A DNA stretch of 41,133 bases, taken from positions 16,009,468 through 16,050,600 of the forward strand of contig NC_057752.1 in assembly GCF_004010195.1 (NCBI RefSeq), written 5' to 3'. Positions 12,701 through 25,508 of this stretch are shown here, piece after piece (the first letter of the stretch is position 1; every line of letters begins with the position of its first letter). Under the pieces are notes generated by a model, which did no database searches, was not told the DNA's origin, and worked only from the letters and a program-made list of their open reading frames with translations. This DNA is from Chiloscyllium plagiosum. Lineage: Eukaryota. The translations under genes and the position numbers were made by a program.

Positions 12701-13146
12701 AGTAGCATTAGCAAAACTCCCTGCCAGCATATTGGATCCTTCCAATTCACGTGCGATCTGTCCTCCTTATATAGATCACTTGTACTCCAGAAGAGATTTA
12801 AATGATCCAAAAATTCAAATTCCTGTCCCCTTCACCAGCTCCTCAGCCATGCATTCATCTGCTCTATCCTTGTATTGCTACTCTTACTAGCACACGTCAC
12901 CCATAGTAGTCCAGATTTTACTACCTCGAGGAGTTACTTTTTAACCTCCTTCCTAATTTCTTATATTCTTTCTGCAGAACCTTATTCCTTTCTTCCTATG
13001 TTACTGGTACCAACGTGTACAATGACCTTCTGCTGGTCACTCTTTCCTTTGAGAATATTCCGCACTCTCTCTAAGACATTCTTTATCCTGTCAACTCAAC
13101 CAACGCGATTGTTATCTCCAGACACCATTCCTCAACTTCCATTCTT

Positions 13147-13449
13147 GGGCGGTACGGTGGCACAGTGGTTAGCACTGCTGCCTCACAGTGCCAGAGACCT
13201 GGGTTCAACTCCCACCTCAGGCAACTGTCTGTGTGGAATTTGCACATTCTCCCAGTGTCTGCGTAGGTTTCCTCCCACAGTCCAAAAATGTGCAGATTAG
13301 GTGAATTGGCCATGCTAAATTGCCCCTAGTGTTAAGTGAATGAGTAAATGTAGGGGAATGGGTCTGGGTGGGTTGTTCTTTGGAGGATCAGTGTGGACTT
13401 GTTGGGCTGAAGGGCCTGTTTCCACACTATAAGTAATCTAATCTAATCT
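13147..13449 (+). mobile_element. HE1-like SINE
   Basis: A box tggcacagtgg, B box ggttcaactcc, conserved core, (taatc)n tail. Confidence 0.92.
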
Positions 13450-13644
13450 GTCACCAGGGAGGCAATGCACCACTCTGTCTCGCTGTTAGCCACAGAAACA
13501 TGTCTGTACCCTGACTAGAGAGTCCACTATCACCATTGATCACTTGGAACCTCATTACAGTAGAGCCAGTCCTGGTTGTCAGTGCTACATTCCCCTGAGA
13601 GTTCATTACCTCTGCATTTTCCAAAATAACATACTTAGAGAAAT

Positions 13645-14512
13645 AAAGTCATATAGATGGTACAGCATGGTAACGGACCTTTCAGTCCATCCCGACCAGA
13701 TATCTCACCCCAATCTAGTCCAACCTGCCAACACCCGGCCTATATCCCTCTAAACCCTTCTTATTCATATACCCATCCAGATGCCTTTTAAATGTCGCTG
13801 TTGTCCAACCTCCACTACTTCCTCTGGTAGCCCATTCCACTCATGCACCACCCTCTGTGTGAAAATGTTACACCTTACGTCTCTTTTATACCTTTCCCCT
13901 CTCACCCCAAACCAATGCCCTCTAGTTCTGGACTCCCCACCTCAGGTAAAAGATCTTGTCTATTTACCCTATCCATGTCCCTTATGATTTTATAAACCTT
14001 TATAAGCTCACCCCACAGCCTCCGATGCTCCAGGGAAAACAGCCCCAGCCTATTCAACCTCTCCCAATGGCTCAAATCCTCCAACCCTGGCAACATCCTT
14101 GTAAATCTTTTCTGAACCCTTTCAAGTTTCGCAACATCCTTCTGATAGGAGGGAGGCCAGAATTGCTTGCAATATTCCACCAGTGGCCTAAGCAATGTCC
14201 AGTCCAGCCGCAACATGACCTCCCGACTCCTGTACTCAATACTCCGACCAATAAAGGAAAACATACCAAACGCCGCCTTCACTATTCTATCTACCTGCGA
14301 CTCAACTTTCAAGGAGCTATGAACCTGCACTCCAAGGTCTCTTTGTTCACAACACTCCCTAGGACCTTACCATTAAGTGTTTAAGTCCTGCTAAGATTTG
14401 CTTTCCCAAAATGCAGCACCTCGAATTTATCGGAATTAAACTCCATCTGCCACTTCTCAGCCCATTGGTCTATCTGGTCCAGATCCTGTTGTAACCCTCT
14501 TCGCTGTCCACT
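13645..14512 (-). mobile_element. CR1 LINE 3' end (~870 bp)
   Basis: ORF 13902-14330 contains LLRPLVEYCKQFW and LERVQKRFTRMLPGLE. Confidence 0.9.
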
Positions 14513-15009
14513 ACTTGTTTGAGATGGGGATAGCCACAGGAAACTCCTGCACTATGTGTGTACCTTTCCTAACTTTCCTACAATATCTGATTGTATCTGC
14601 AGTTTTTCAATCTTCCTGAAACTCCCATCCATCATACTCCCAGTTCCTCTCCAACTGATCCGTGTGATCCAATAATCATTGCGCAGACATTATCACCAGG
14701 CAGCTTGAAATTCACCTTAATCTCCCACATCTGACAGGAAGAGTGCATCACCCTCCTCCAGGCTATCTTTGCATCTTAACAATGTACAGACCCCAAACAT
14801 AGCAGTTTTACTCTTCCAGGACAAGTTGGAGCCTATGTGTTATATTTTTTAAAAATATAATCGAGACAGATCTCCGTGAAACAAAAAAAACTCACCCTAC
14901 TCACTATTATAGATTTACAGAAAAAATACCATTAAGATTCATGTTTTGTAAGTTTTAAAAACAAATACTTAGTTACTTCAGGCTCTGAAAACTTGACACT
15001 CCCAGTTAT

Positions 15010-15140
15010 GAGGCCAGGGGTTTCCTTTGCGGCCTTGGGCGGAGGTGAGGGGATTGGTGTGGGTGCAGGTTTGGCACTTCTTGCGACGGTAGGGGAAGGT
15101 GATGGGAGTGGGGTGTGGGCTTGGTAGGGGGTGTAGACCT
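15010..15140 (-). mobile_element. PLE (Neptune-like) RT-endonuclease linker fragment
   Basis: Minus frame reads TFPYRRKKCQTCTHTNPLTS, a Cys-rich zinc-knuckle-like linker; abuts the gap. Confidence 0.65.
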
Positions 15141-15449
15141 NNNNNNNNNNNNNNNNNNNNNNNNNNNNNNNNNNNNNNNNNNNNNNNNNNNNNNNNNNNN
15201 NNNNNNNNNNNNNNNNNNNNNNNNNNNNNNNNNNNNNNNNNNNNNNNNNNNNNNNNNNNNNNNNNNNNNNNNNNNNNNNNNNNNNNNNNNNNNNNNNNNN
15301 NNNNNNNNNNNNNNNNNNNNNNNNNNNNNNNNNNNNNNNNNNNNNNNNNNNNNNNNNNNNNNNNNNNNNNNNNNNNNNNNNNNNNNNNNNNNNNNNNNNN
15401 NNNNNNNNNNNNNNNNNNNNNNNNNNNNNNNNNNNNNNNNNNNNNNNNN
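15141..15449. other. Assembly gap (309 N)
   Basis: Run of N. Confidence 1.
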
Positions 15450-15766
15450 GCTCAAACTGCAGGGGGCAGTGATCCGGAGTGATGACATTGAACAGACCAA
15501 TTACACGGGGATTCTGGGTAAGCGCACTATCACCAACTGAGCTGGACCGGGAGTACCGGAGCCTTCAGTGCCAGTCCAGGATGGTATCTGTTTGTGATGT
15601 TGGTTAACTCCTCGTCTCCCTCCCTGGCAAGGTCAAGGGGTCAGCTATCACAATTCCATAGCTCACCATTAGCGGGCAGCACTGAGTGCTCTGGCTGTGG
15701 CCAATCCCTCATCAGGGTTTGCGGAGACCCTATATTTCCTGACCCCGTGAAGAGGCACCGGGAGGA

Positions 15767-15985
15767 TCAGTGCTGAGGGAGCAGGCACTGTTGGAGGGTC
15801 AGTACTGAGGGTGCACCACATTGTTGGAGGGTCAGTGCTGAGGGAGCACCGTATTGTCGGAGGGTCAGTGCTGAGGGAGCGGGCACTGTCGGAGGGTCAG
15901 TGCTGAGGGAGCGGGCACTGTCGGAGGTCAGTGCTGAGGGAGCGGGCACTGTCGGAGGGTCAGTGCTGAGGGAACGCTGCACTGT
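15767..15985. repeat. GC-rich minisatellite, 31-33 bp unit (agggagcgggcactgtcggagggtcagtgctg), ~6.5 copies
   Basis: Direct inspection. Confidence 0.95.
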
Positions 15986-16103
15986 TCTTTGGGATACACT
16001 CTCGGCCAAAGATCAAAGTAGATCAAAGAAAATTTCCAGCCCAGGAACAGGCCGTTCGGCCCTCCAAGCCTGAGCTGATCCAAATATACTGTCTAAACCT
16101 CTC

Positions 16104-16235
16104 CAGGAGAAAGTGAGGTCTGCAGATGCTGGAGATCAGAGCTGAAAATGTGTTGCTGGAAAAGCGCAGCAGGTCAGGCAGCATCCAGGGAACAGGAGAA
16201 TCGACGTTTCGGGCAAAAGTCCTTCTTCAGGAATA
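16104..16235 (-). mobile_element. Solo PLE terminal repeat with hammerhead, inserted in CR1 tail
   Basis: Absent from the homologous CR1 copy at ~24960; hammerhead at 16199-16234 with one stem II mismatch; no TSD. Confidence 0.85.
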
Positions 16236-17366
16236 CGCCCAATTCCTAAGCATTTGTATCCATCTGCTCCCCACCTACTCAGGCATCTGTCCAGATGCAT
16301 CTTAAATGAATCTACCACCTCTGCTGGCAATGCGTTCCAAACGCCTACCACCCTCTGTGTGAAGTACTTGCCGCGAGTATTCCCCTCAAACTTTCCACCT
16401 CTCACCTTGAAAGCATGACCTCTCGTTATTGAATCCTTCACCCTGGAAGCTTGTCTCTATCCACCCTGTCTATACCCTTCATGATTTTGTAAACCTCAAT
16501 CAGGTCTCCCGACAATCTTTTTTCTAGTGAAAATAAACCTAACCTACTCAACCTCTCTTCATAGCTAGCACCTTCCATACCAGGCAATATCCTCGCAAAC
16601 CTTCACTGCACCCTCTCCAAAGCGTCCACATCATTTTAGTAATGTGGCGACCAGAACTGTACACAGTATTCTAAATGTGGCCGAACCAATGTCTTGTACA
16701 ATTTTAACATGACTTGTCAGCTCTTATACTCAATACCCCTTCCAATAAAGGCAAGCCTACTATATACCTTCTTGACCATTCTATCACCTGTGCAGCAACC
16801 TTCAGAGTACAATGGACCTGCACTCCCAGATCTCTCTGCTCATCAACTTTTCCCAAGGCTTTTCCATTCATTGTATAATTCGCTCTAGAATTAGTCTTGC
16901 CTAAGTGCATCACCTCACATTTGTCTGGATTGAAAGCCATCTGCCACTTTTCTGCCCAACTCTCCAGACTATCTGTATCCTCCTGTATTCTCTGACAGTC
17001 CCTTATACTTTCTGCTACTCCACCAATCTATGTGTCATCTGCAAACTTGCTGATCATACCAACAGTGCTCTCTTCTAGATCACTTATGTATATTACAAAC
17101 AACAGTGGCTCTAATACTGACCCCTGTGGAACACCACTGGTCACCTTTCTCCATTTCAAGAACCTCCCTTCCACAACTACTCTCGGTTTCCTGTTGCTCA
17201 ACCAGTTCTTTATCCACCCAGGTAGAACATCCTGCACACCATGTGACTTCACTTTCTCCATTAGTCTACAATGGGAAACCTTATCAAACGCCTTACTAAA
17301 GTCCATGTATATGACATCAACAGCCCTTCCATCATCTAACAACTTGGTCACTTTCTCAAAGAACTC

Positions 17367-17719
17367 AAGGGATTCTAATTCTAAATAGTACAGTGTGGGA
17401 AACAGGCCCTTCGGCCCAATGAGTCCGCACTGGCCCTCCGAAGAGTAACCCACCCAGACCCATTCCCCTATTCTATATATACCCCGACTAATGCACCTAA
17501 CCTACACATCCCTGGACACTTTGGGCAATTTCCCATTGACAATCCACCCTGACCTGCACATCTTTGTGACTGTGGGGGGAAACCGGAGCACCCGGAGGAA
17601 ACCCACGCAGACACGGGGAGAACTTGCAAACTCCACACAGTTGCCTGAGGCTGGAATCGAACCTGGGACCCTGGCGCTGTGGGCAGCAGTGCTAACCACT
17701 GAGCCACCATGCCAACTCC
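17367..17719 (-). mobile_element. HE1-like SINE inserted in CR1 RT
   Basis: Full SINE with 12-bp TSD ctcaaagaactc at 17355-17366 and 17720-17731. Confidence 0.93.
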
Positions 17720-18804
17720 CTCAAAGAACTCTATTAAGTTGGTAAGGCACAATCTCCCCTGCACAAAACCATGTTGCCTATCACTGATATGATCTATTTA
17801 TATTTAGAAAAGAATGAGCTTATCTCTCAGTACCTTCTCCATCAACTTTCCCACCACCGACGTTAGGCTCACTGGTCTGTAGTTACCCGGAATATCCCTA
17901 CTACCCTTCTTGTACTGGGGACAACCTGAGCAACCTTCCTTTCCCCTGGCACCTCACCTGCATTGAAGGATGCCACAAAGATATATGTCAGGGCCCCAGC
18001 TATTTCCTCTCTCGCTTCCCTCAGCAACCTGAGATAGATCCCATCCGGTCCTGGGGATTTGTCCACCTTTATAATCTCTAGCATACCCAACACATCTTCC
18101 CTACTTATGCCAACATGTTCCAGACTAAATCAAACTTCTATCTCTAATCTCAAGATTCATCATGTTCCTCTCCTCAGTGAACACTGATGCAAAGTAATCA
18201 TTCAGAATCTCATCCATTCTCTCAGGTTGGGCACACAGCCTTCCTTCATTATCATTTAGTGGACCAATCCTTTTTCTAGTTACCTTCTTGCTTATATAAG
18301 AATAAAATGCTTTGAGATTTTCCTTAATTCTGCTTGCTAAAGCTATTTCATGACCCCTTTTAGCCTGCTTGATTCCTTGTTTAAGAATTGTCCTACTCTT
18401 CCAATATTCCTCCATGGCCCGTTCTGTTCTTAGCTGCCTAGACCTTATATACGCTTCCCTTTTCCTCTTGGCTAGTCGTACAATTTCTCCTGTCATCCAC
18501 GGTTCACGAATCTTGCCCTTCCTATCCTTTGCCTTCAACGGGACATGCCTATCCTGCACTACCGTTAACCTATCTTTGAAAGCCTCCCACATCTCAAATG
18601 TGGACCTCCCTTCAAATAGCTGTGTCCAATCCACATTTCCGAGCTCCTGCCTAATTTTGATATAATTGGTCTTGGTCCAGTTTAGTACTCTTCCCTTAGG
18701 ACCTCTCTCATCTTTGTCTACAAGTATTCTAAAACTTACAGAATTGTGATCACTGTTCCTAAAGAAATCCCCCACCATAACTTCTACCACTTGTCCTCGC
18801 TCGT

Positions 18805-19505
18805 CAGATGCGGAGGATTCCTTCCATATCTGACAGAAATTTGCCTGTACCTCCACCAATGTCATCTACTGTATCCATTGCACTCAACGTGATCTCCTCT
18901 ACATCGGAGAGACAGGATGCCTACTTGTGGATCATTTCAGACAACATCTCTGGGACACCCACACCAACAACTCTACTGCCCTGTGGCTGAACACTTCAAT
19001 TCTCCCTCCCACTCCATCAAGAGCATGTAGGTCCTAGGCTTCCTCAATCGCCAAACCCTTGCCACTCGACGCCTGGAGGAAGAATGCCTCATATTCTGCC
19101 TTGGGACCCTGCAACCACATTGCATCAATGTGGATTTCACCAGTTTCCTCATTTCCCCTTCCTGCCACATTACCTCTGTCCCAAGCCTCCAACTCGGCAC
19201 TGCCCTCCTGACCCGTCCATCACCTTTCCCATTTATCTACTCCACCCTCCTCCAACCCATCACCTTCATCTACCTATTGCATTTTCAGCTACAACTGCCC
19301 CTCCCCTCCCCGCTCACCCAACCCCACCTCCCTCTAAGTCCCCCAGCCTAAAGCCTCATTCCTGATAGAATAGAGGCATAGAGTCATACATCATGGCAAC
19401 AGACCCTTCGGTCTAATGAAGGGCTGATGCCCAACATGTTGATTCTCCTGCTCCTCGGATGCTGCCTGACCTGCTGTGCTTTTCCAGCACCACATTCTCA
19501 ACTCC
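18805..19505 (+). mobile_element. PLE (Neptune-like) 3' fragment: GIY-YIG endonuclease and terminal repeat
   Basis: KFACTSTNVIYCIHCTQRDLLYIGETG, later LEEECLIFCLGTLQP, then the hammerhead-bearing repeat. Confidence 0.88.
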
Positions 19506-19603
19506 CAGCTAGGAGTAGTTCCAATAATGAGGTCATTACAAGTCAAAAGAACATTTTTAACTATGGTTTAACTAGGAGTTCTTGTTGGGTGGCTCTATGA
19601 TTA

Positions 19604-19913
19604 TTAGATTAGATTACTTAGTGAGGAAACAGGCCCTTCAGCCCAACAAGTCCACACCGACTCGCCGAAGCGAAACCCAACCATGCCCCTACATTTACCC
19701 CTTCACCTAACACTACGGGCACTTTAGCATGGCCAATTCACCTGGCCTGCACATCTTTGTGACTGTGGGAGGAAACCGGAGCACCCGAAACCCACGCAGA
19801 CACGGGGAGAACATGCAAGCTCCACACAGTCAGTCGCCTGAGGCGGGAATTGAACCCGGGTCTCTGGTGCTGCGAGGCAGCAGTGCTAACCATTGTGCCA
19901 CCATGTTGCCCAC
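19604..19913 (-). mobile_element. HE1-like SINE
   Basis: (gatta)n tail, core and head match the reverse complement of 39527-39836. Confidence 0.93.
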
Positions 19914-20289
19914 AGTGCAAAGTGATTGTTACTCGTTAGAACAGCACGTGAAGAGGTCCGCACTAAAAGCACACAAAGTTATGGAAACATACAGGAAACT
20001 GCAGTATCCAAAAGAGCTGCGTAAACATTTAAACAGGAACTAGCCTGAAGGGGCATGAAGCTCTTCCTCATCTCTGCTGGTCATTGAACATTGTCCAACT
20101 GGAAGATCAACCTTTCGTTCTCTATGAACAATCTGTTACACAATTTCTAACACCTTGGTTTATATTTCCATCTTCCTTCTATATATTAATTCTCAACTCT
20201 TGGCCTCAGAGTCATAAAGTTTCGGGTAGTGAAAGCCCAATCCAGGGATTGCACGTAAAAATCAAGGCTGATGTTCCATCACTACTGAA

Positions 20290-20555
20290 GAAGTAAAATC
20301 AGAAAGTGCTGGGAAACCTCAGCAGGTCTGGTACATCTGTGAATACAGAAATAAAATTGATGATCAATATAACTCTTCAGAACTGAACGGGCTGTTAAGT
20401 AGTGGAGTTTCTGCTGCCAACAGAGAAAGAGTGAATGGAACAGATTTTGAGCAGAACAAAAACGCAATACTGTTTCTATTAGATGCTGGAAATCTGAAGC
20501 AAATATAGAAAATACTGGGGAAGCACAAAGAGTCTGGCACTGCATTCTGAAGAAG
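20290..20555. mobile_element. Two degraded PLE terminal-repeat fragments
   Basis: tgctgggaaacctcagcaggtctgg..catctgtg..aga and gatgctggaaatctgaa; partial ttctgaagaa cores. Confidence 0.55.
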
Positions 20556-21390
20556 AGTTATGTATGGGGACCCAGGTTCAAATCCTGTCATGGCAGATAG
20601 TTGAATTCAATTTTTAAAAAAATCACTTTGTTACCTGAAAGGATGTGGGAGCAGCTTGTTGGTAATTTTGTAAACTAAGTTGTTTAAATTGTTGTTAGGA
20701 GAAAACATTTAAAGACCAAGAGAAGGGACAGGTGGAGTGGGACTAAACAGGTCAGTATGCAATGAGCAGACCCAAGCATGATGGGGCAGATGGCTTCTTG
20801 TATTGTCATACTCAGTGATTCTGTTGCTTCAAGATATATTTGCATTATTAACTGTCCCCAACAGTATCAGTTCAAAATAATTACCACCCAGCAATTCTTT
20901 GTCGTTTTTAAACACATTTTAAAAATAAGTGCTGCTGATTTCATCCAGGGAATTAGCTAGTAGGATGGCGCAGCCTTGTTCATGAGGAAGAGTAGGACTA
21001 ACGATTTAAAATATTTAACAAGTGGCTTAATTACTCATAGGTTACAGACCACTTCTGTATTAAATTCACTTCCTGTCAATATTAGCCTGAGAAACTCTCT
21101 GAAACCTCTTCCTCTAATGAGCTATTCACTGCTCTCACAACGAAGATGCAAAATATCCATATGTATTTGAAGCATTTTTTTTAAAAGTATCACTTCATGA
21201 TCAAAAGTAAACTGGTCTGCTTCCTGATCTCTGGCACCATGTGAGATACAGAAGAGCAGAGGTATATAAAAGGCATTTGTTCATTCTTTAAATACTTCCC
21301 TGTCAGCTTCTCAGAAGTGTTGACTAAATTACAGTATTCTAGCAGCAAACCTCGAAAGTCAGAAAACGGACCTTGGTCAGATGATTGAAT

Positions 21391-21606
21391 TCAGAGGAGA
21401 AAGTGAGAACTGCAGATGCTGGAGATCACAGTTGAGAGTGTGGTGCTGGATAAACACACCAGGTCAGGCAGCATCCGAGGAGCAGGAGAAACATCGTTTT
21501 GGGCATAAGCCCTTCCTGATGATGAGCTTATGTCCAAAATGTTGATTGTCCTGCTCCTGTGATGCTGCCCAACCTGCTGTGCATATTCAGCATCACACTT
21601 TCGACG
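21391..21606. mobile_element. Short inverted PLE terminal-repeat cassette
   Basis: Imperfect palindrome centred near 21512; 11-bp TSD gatgattgaat at 21380-21390 and 21607-21617. Confidence 0.85.
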
Positions 21607-23283
21607 GATGATTGAATCCTTCGAGTCTGCTTCACCATTCAGTGTGATTGTGGCTGAACACCTGCCTGCAATATCCCCAAGTCTGTAAGTTTCTTCATCA
21701 AAACAACTATCCATTTCAGTTTTGAACATAGTCAACAGCTATGCATGCACAGTCCTCAGATCATAGAATCCCTGTTTCCCAGTGCACAAAGAAGCCAATT
21801 AGCCCAACGAGTCTGCATTGACTCTCCAAAGAACATCTTGCCCAGACCTATCCCTATAATCCTGGACTGGGTTTTTACCAAGGCTTACTCACCTAACCTG
21901 TATACCCCAAGACAGTATAAGGTATTTTTTTTCTTAAGCATGGACAATCCACCTAGACCTTTGGTTATATGTGTCCCAAGCAAAAACAACTGGTTGTGTA
22001 AGAAAACATATTAAATGTATTCATATATTCAACATCCTTTGCCATCAGACCTTGTTTTTCTGGCATGAAACATTTACATCATCTATAGCTGCAGGTGAGG
22101 TGCCTGGTGACTGGAGGATGGCTAATGTGTATTTGTTTAAGAATGGTTGTAAGGAGAACCTGGGGGAATAATAGAATCTGACTTCAGTTGTAGGTAATTT
22201 GTTAAAGGTGACTCTAAAAGGTAGGATTTATAAACATTGAGAGGTAAAAATTGATTCAGGATAGTCAGCAGGGTTTTGCATGAGGGAAAATCATGTCACA
22301 AATTTGATTTAGTATTTTGAGGAGGTAACCAAAAAGATTGAAGGCAGAGCAATTGATGTTGTTTACGTGATCTTTAGTCAACTCTTTTTGACAAGGTTCT
22401 GCATGGTGGACTAATTAGTCAAGTTAGGTCACATAGGATTTCGGGTGAGCTTGCCAGTTGGATGCATAATTAACTTAATGGCAGGAGACAAGAGTGCGGT
22501 AAGAGGTTGCTTTTCAGACAGGAGGCTGTGACCAGCGGGGTTCTACAGATACCGGTTTTGGGTCCTCTTTGTTTGCCATTTATATTAATGATTTGGATAA
22601 AAATATAGAAGACATTGGTTAGTAAGTTTGTGGATGACACTAAAATTGGCAGCATGGTAGACAGTGAAGAATGTTTTCTAAGATTGCAAAGGCATCTTGG
22701 TCGAATGGGTCAGTGGGCTGAAAAATGACACTGAGTTCAACCTGGATAAATGCGAGGCATTGCATATTGCCACAATGTACAGGGATAGAATTTTAATTAA
22801 TGGCAGAGCCTTGTGTAGTGTTGTAGAACAAAGGGACCTAGGGGTTCAGGAACACCATTCTTTTGAAATTTGCATCACATATAGACAGCGTGGTTAAAAG
22901 GCATCTAGCATGCTTGTCTTCATTGCTCGGTCCTTTGAGTTTAGGAGTAGGGAAGTCATGTTGAGGTTGTACAGGATATTGGTGAAGCCTCTTCTGGAAT
23001 ACTGTGTCCAGTCATGGTCACTCTGTTATAGGAAGGATATTATTAAGCTAGAGACAGTTCAGAAGAGGTTTACCAGCGTGTTGTTGGGTATGGAAGGTCT
23101 GAGTTGCAAAGAAAGGTTGGATAGGCTGGGACTTTATTCACTGGAGCATAGGGGAAAGAGGTTTCTCGAGGTTTTTAAAATAATGAGGGGTATAGATTGG
23201 GATACAGGTAGTTGTTGTTTCTCTTGATTGAGGGATTTCAAGTCTCGGGGATAGACTTTTAAGATGAGAGGAGAGAGATTTTT

Positions 23284-23571
23284 TTAGATTAGTTACAGTG
23301 TGGAAACAGGCCCTTCGGCCCAACAAGTCCACACCAACTGGCCGAAGCGCAACCCACCCAGACCCATTCCCCTAACACTATGGGCAATTTAGCATGGCCA
23401 ATTCACCTAACCCGCGCATTTTTTGACTGTGGGAGGAAGCTGGAGCACCTGGAGGAAACACACGCAGGCAGGGGGAGAATGTACAAACTCCACACAGTCA
23501 GTCGCCTGAGGTGGGAATTGAACCCGGGTCCCTGGCGCTGTGAGGCAGCAGTGCTAACCACCGTGCCACCC
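23284..23571 (-). mobile_element. HE1-like SINE
   Basis: Head gtgctaaccaccgtgccaccc; tail ggaaacaggcccttcggcccaac. Confidence 0.93.
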
Positions 23572-23604
23572 ATTTAAAAGACATGAGCAATGTTTTTACA
23601 CAAT

Positions 23605-24255
23605 TCAATTTATTTATTTATTGTCACATTTACCAAAGTACAGTGAAAAGCATTTTTTTACGAGCAGTACACGCAAACATAGTAAGCAAGGGTGTACAGA
23701 TCAGAAAGATTTAGAGACATACAGGTTACATTGCACAGGGTGTGCACTAGGTGAGAGCATTGTTAGCAGGGTCAGTATTATTTGAGGCTAGAGATTCCAT
23801 TCATCAGTCTAATAATGACCGGCAAGAAGCTGTTCCTGAACCTGCAGATATGTGTGTTCAGGCTTCTGTATCTTCTACCTGATGGAAGAGGTTACAAGTA
23901 TGCGATAGATCCTTGATGTTGGCAGCCTTTCCCCGGTAGTGAGCTGTGTACGTGGAGTTCATAGATGGAAGGTTGGTTTCCATTTGGGTGTGGGTGTGTG
24001 CACCACCTTCTGCAGTTTCTTACAGTCCTGGGCAGAGCAACTGCTGTACCAGGCCGTTATACACCCGGGCAGTATGCTTTCAGTAGTGCATCTGTAGAAG
24101 TTGGTGAGGGTCATGACGGACATGTCACATTTCCTGAGGTACCTGAGGAAGAAGAGGCTGCGTGTGTCTTCTTGACCATCACATCTATGTGGGAAATCCA
24201 GGACAGATGATCAGTTATCGTCATTCTGAGGAACCTGACGTTGTCCACCCTTGAG
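23605..24255 (-). mobile_element. Rex1/Babar-like LINE 3' end
   Basis: Minus VDNVRFLRMTITDHLSWISHIDVMVKK resembles the RT C-terminal FKFLG..I...LSW..H....KK pattern; 3' end cttttcactgtac..gtgacaataaataaat. Confidence 0.7.
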
Positions 24256-24462
24256 TTCGCGTATGGAATGAACTTCTTGAGGATCCAGACACAGTTACAA
24301 TGTTTAAAAGACACTTCGATAAGTACATTAATAGGAAATGTTTGGAGGGATATGGGCCAGGAGCAAGCAGGTGGGGCTAGTTTAGTTTGGGATTTTGCTT
24401 GGCATGGATTGGTTGGAATGAAGGGTCTGTTTCCATGCTGTTTGACTCTATGATAAGGATTT

Positions 24463-24610
24463 TAAAAAACCAAAGAACTTTGGATGCTGGAAATCAGAAA
24501 TTGCCGGGCAAACTCAGCAGGCCTGGCAGAATCTGTGGAGAGAAAGCAAAATAAATGTTTTGGTTCCAGTGACCCTTCAGAGCCAATTGTAGCTAGGAAG
24601 AGGTGGGGGG
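24463..24610 (-). mobile_element. Old PLE terminal repeat with decayed hammerhead
   Basis: gatgctggaaatcagaaa..aaactcagcaggcctggcag..tctgtggagaga..gttccagtgacccttcag. Confidence 0.7.
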
Positions 24611-25508
24611 AGGGAGGGGGGGTCAAACCCTTGTATTGACTAAAACCGAACACCCAGAATAACTTGCCTCACCTTGTAATCTGTTGAAATATGAGTGACA
24701 GTGAACTCCTAATTTCCACTATTTTAAAGGAAGATAACAATTTATTTTCCTAACTCTAATGGTGAACACTAAACAATAACTATGAACAAATCCAATCTCC
24801 TCTTGTTCTTAACTATCTAACCCCAACTCTATATTAAAAAAAATGCTGTTCTAATAACTAAATTAAATGCTACATTAAGAACGAAGAATAAAGAAAATTT
24901 ACAGCCCAGGAACAGGCCCTTCAGCCCTCCAAGCCTGAGCCGATACAAATGTACTGTCTAAATCTGTCGCCCAATTCCTAAGCATCTGTATCTCTCTGCT
25001 CCCCACCTACTCATGCATTTGTCCTGACACACCTTAACTGAATCTACTGTGCCTGCCTCTGTTGGCAACGCATTCCAGGTACCTACCACCCTCAGTGTGA
25101 AGTACTTGGTGTGTATATCCCCCTTAAACTTTCCACCTCTCACCTTGAAAGCGTGACCTCTCGTTATTGAATCCTTCACCCTGGGAAAAAGCTTGTCTCT
25201 ATCCACCCTGTCTATACCCTTCATGATTTTGTAAACCTGGTCCCCCCCTCGATCTCCTCAACCTCTCCTCATAGCTAGCACCTTCCATACTAGGCAACAT
25301 CCTCGTAAACCTTCTCTGTACCCTCTCCAAAGCTTCCACATCCTTTTGTTAATGTGGCGTACAGAACTGTACACCGTATTCTAAATGCGGCCGAACCAAA
25401 GTGTTGTACAATTTAAAATCTTATACTCAATACCCCATCCAATGAAGGCAAGCATAGCGTATGCCTTCTTGACCACTCTGTCCACCTCTGCAGCCACCTT
25501 CAGGGTAC

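Larger units (their letters stand above)
12700..14770 (-). mobile_element. CR1 ORF1 region, degraded, interrupted by a SINE and another CR1
   Basis: Similar to 1-815 (HVGTSNIG, CLPG and DLYKED..H.NWK remnants); resumes at ~13450 and ~14513. Confidence 0.7.
16015..18800 (-). mobile_element. CR1/HER1-like LINE, 5'-truncated ORF2 (APE end, RT, tail)
   Basis: ORF 18125-18865 (SDHNSVSF), ORF 17028-17453 ([25 protein letters not shown]), ORF 16704-16940. Confidence 0.93.
22065..24455 (+). mobile_element. CR1 LINE ORF2 RT and tail, interrupted by a SINE and a Rex-like LINE
   Basis: GEVPGDWRMANV, SKFVDDTKIG and LVKPLLEYCVQSW motifs; tail resumes at ~24255. Confidence 0.85.

Noticed and set aside
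15006..15540. Long ORFs spanning the gap
   Set aside because: Artefacts of translating N
15767..15985. CRISPR-like array
   Set aside because: Head-to-tail tandem units with no unique spacers in vertebrate DNA; this is a minisatellite
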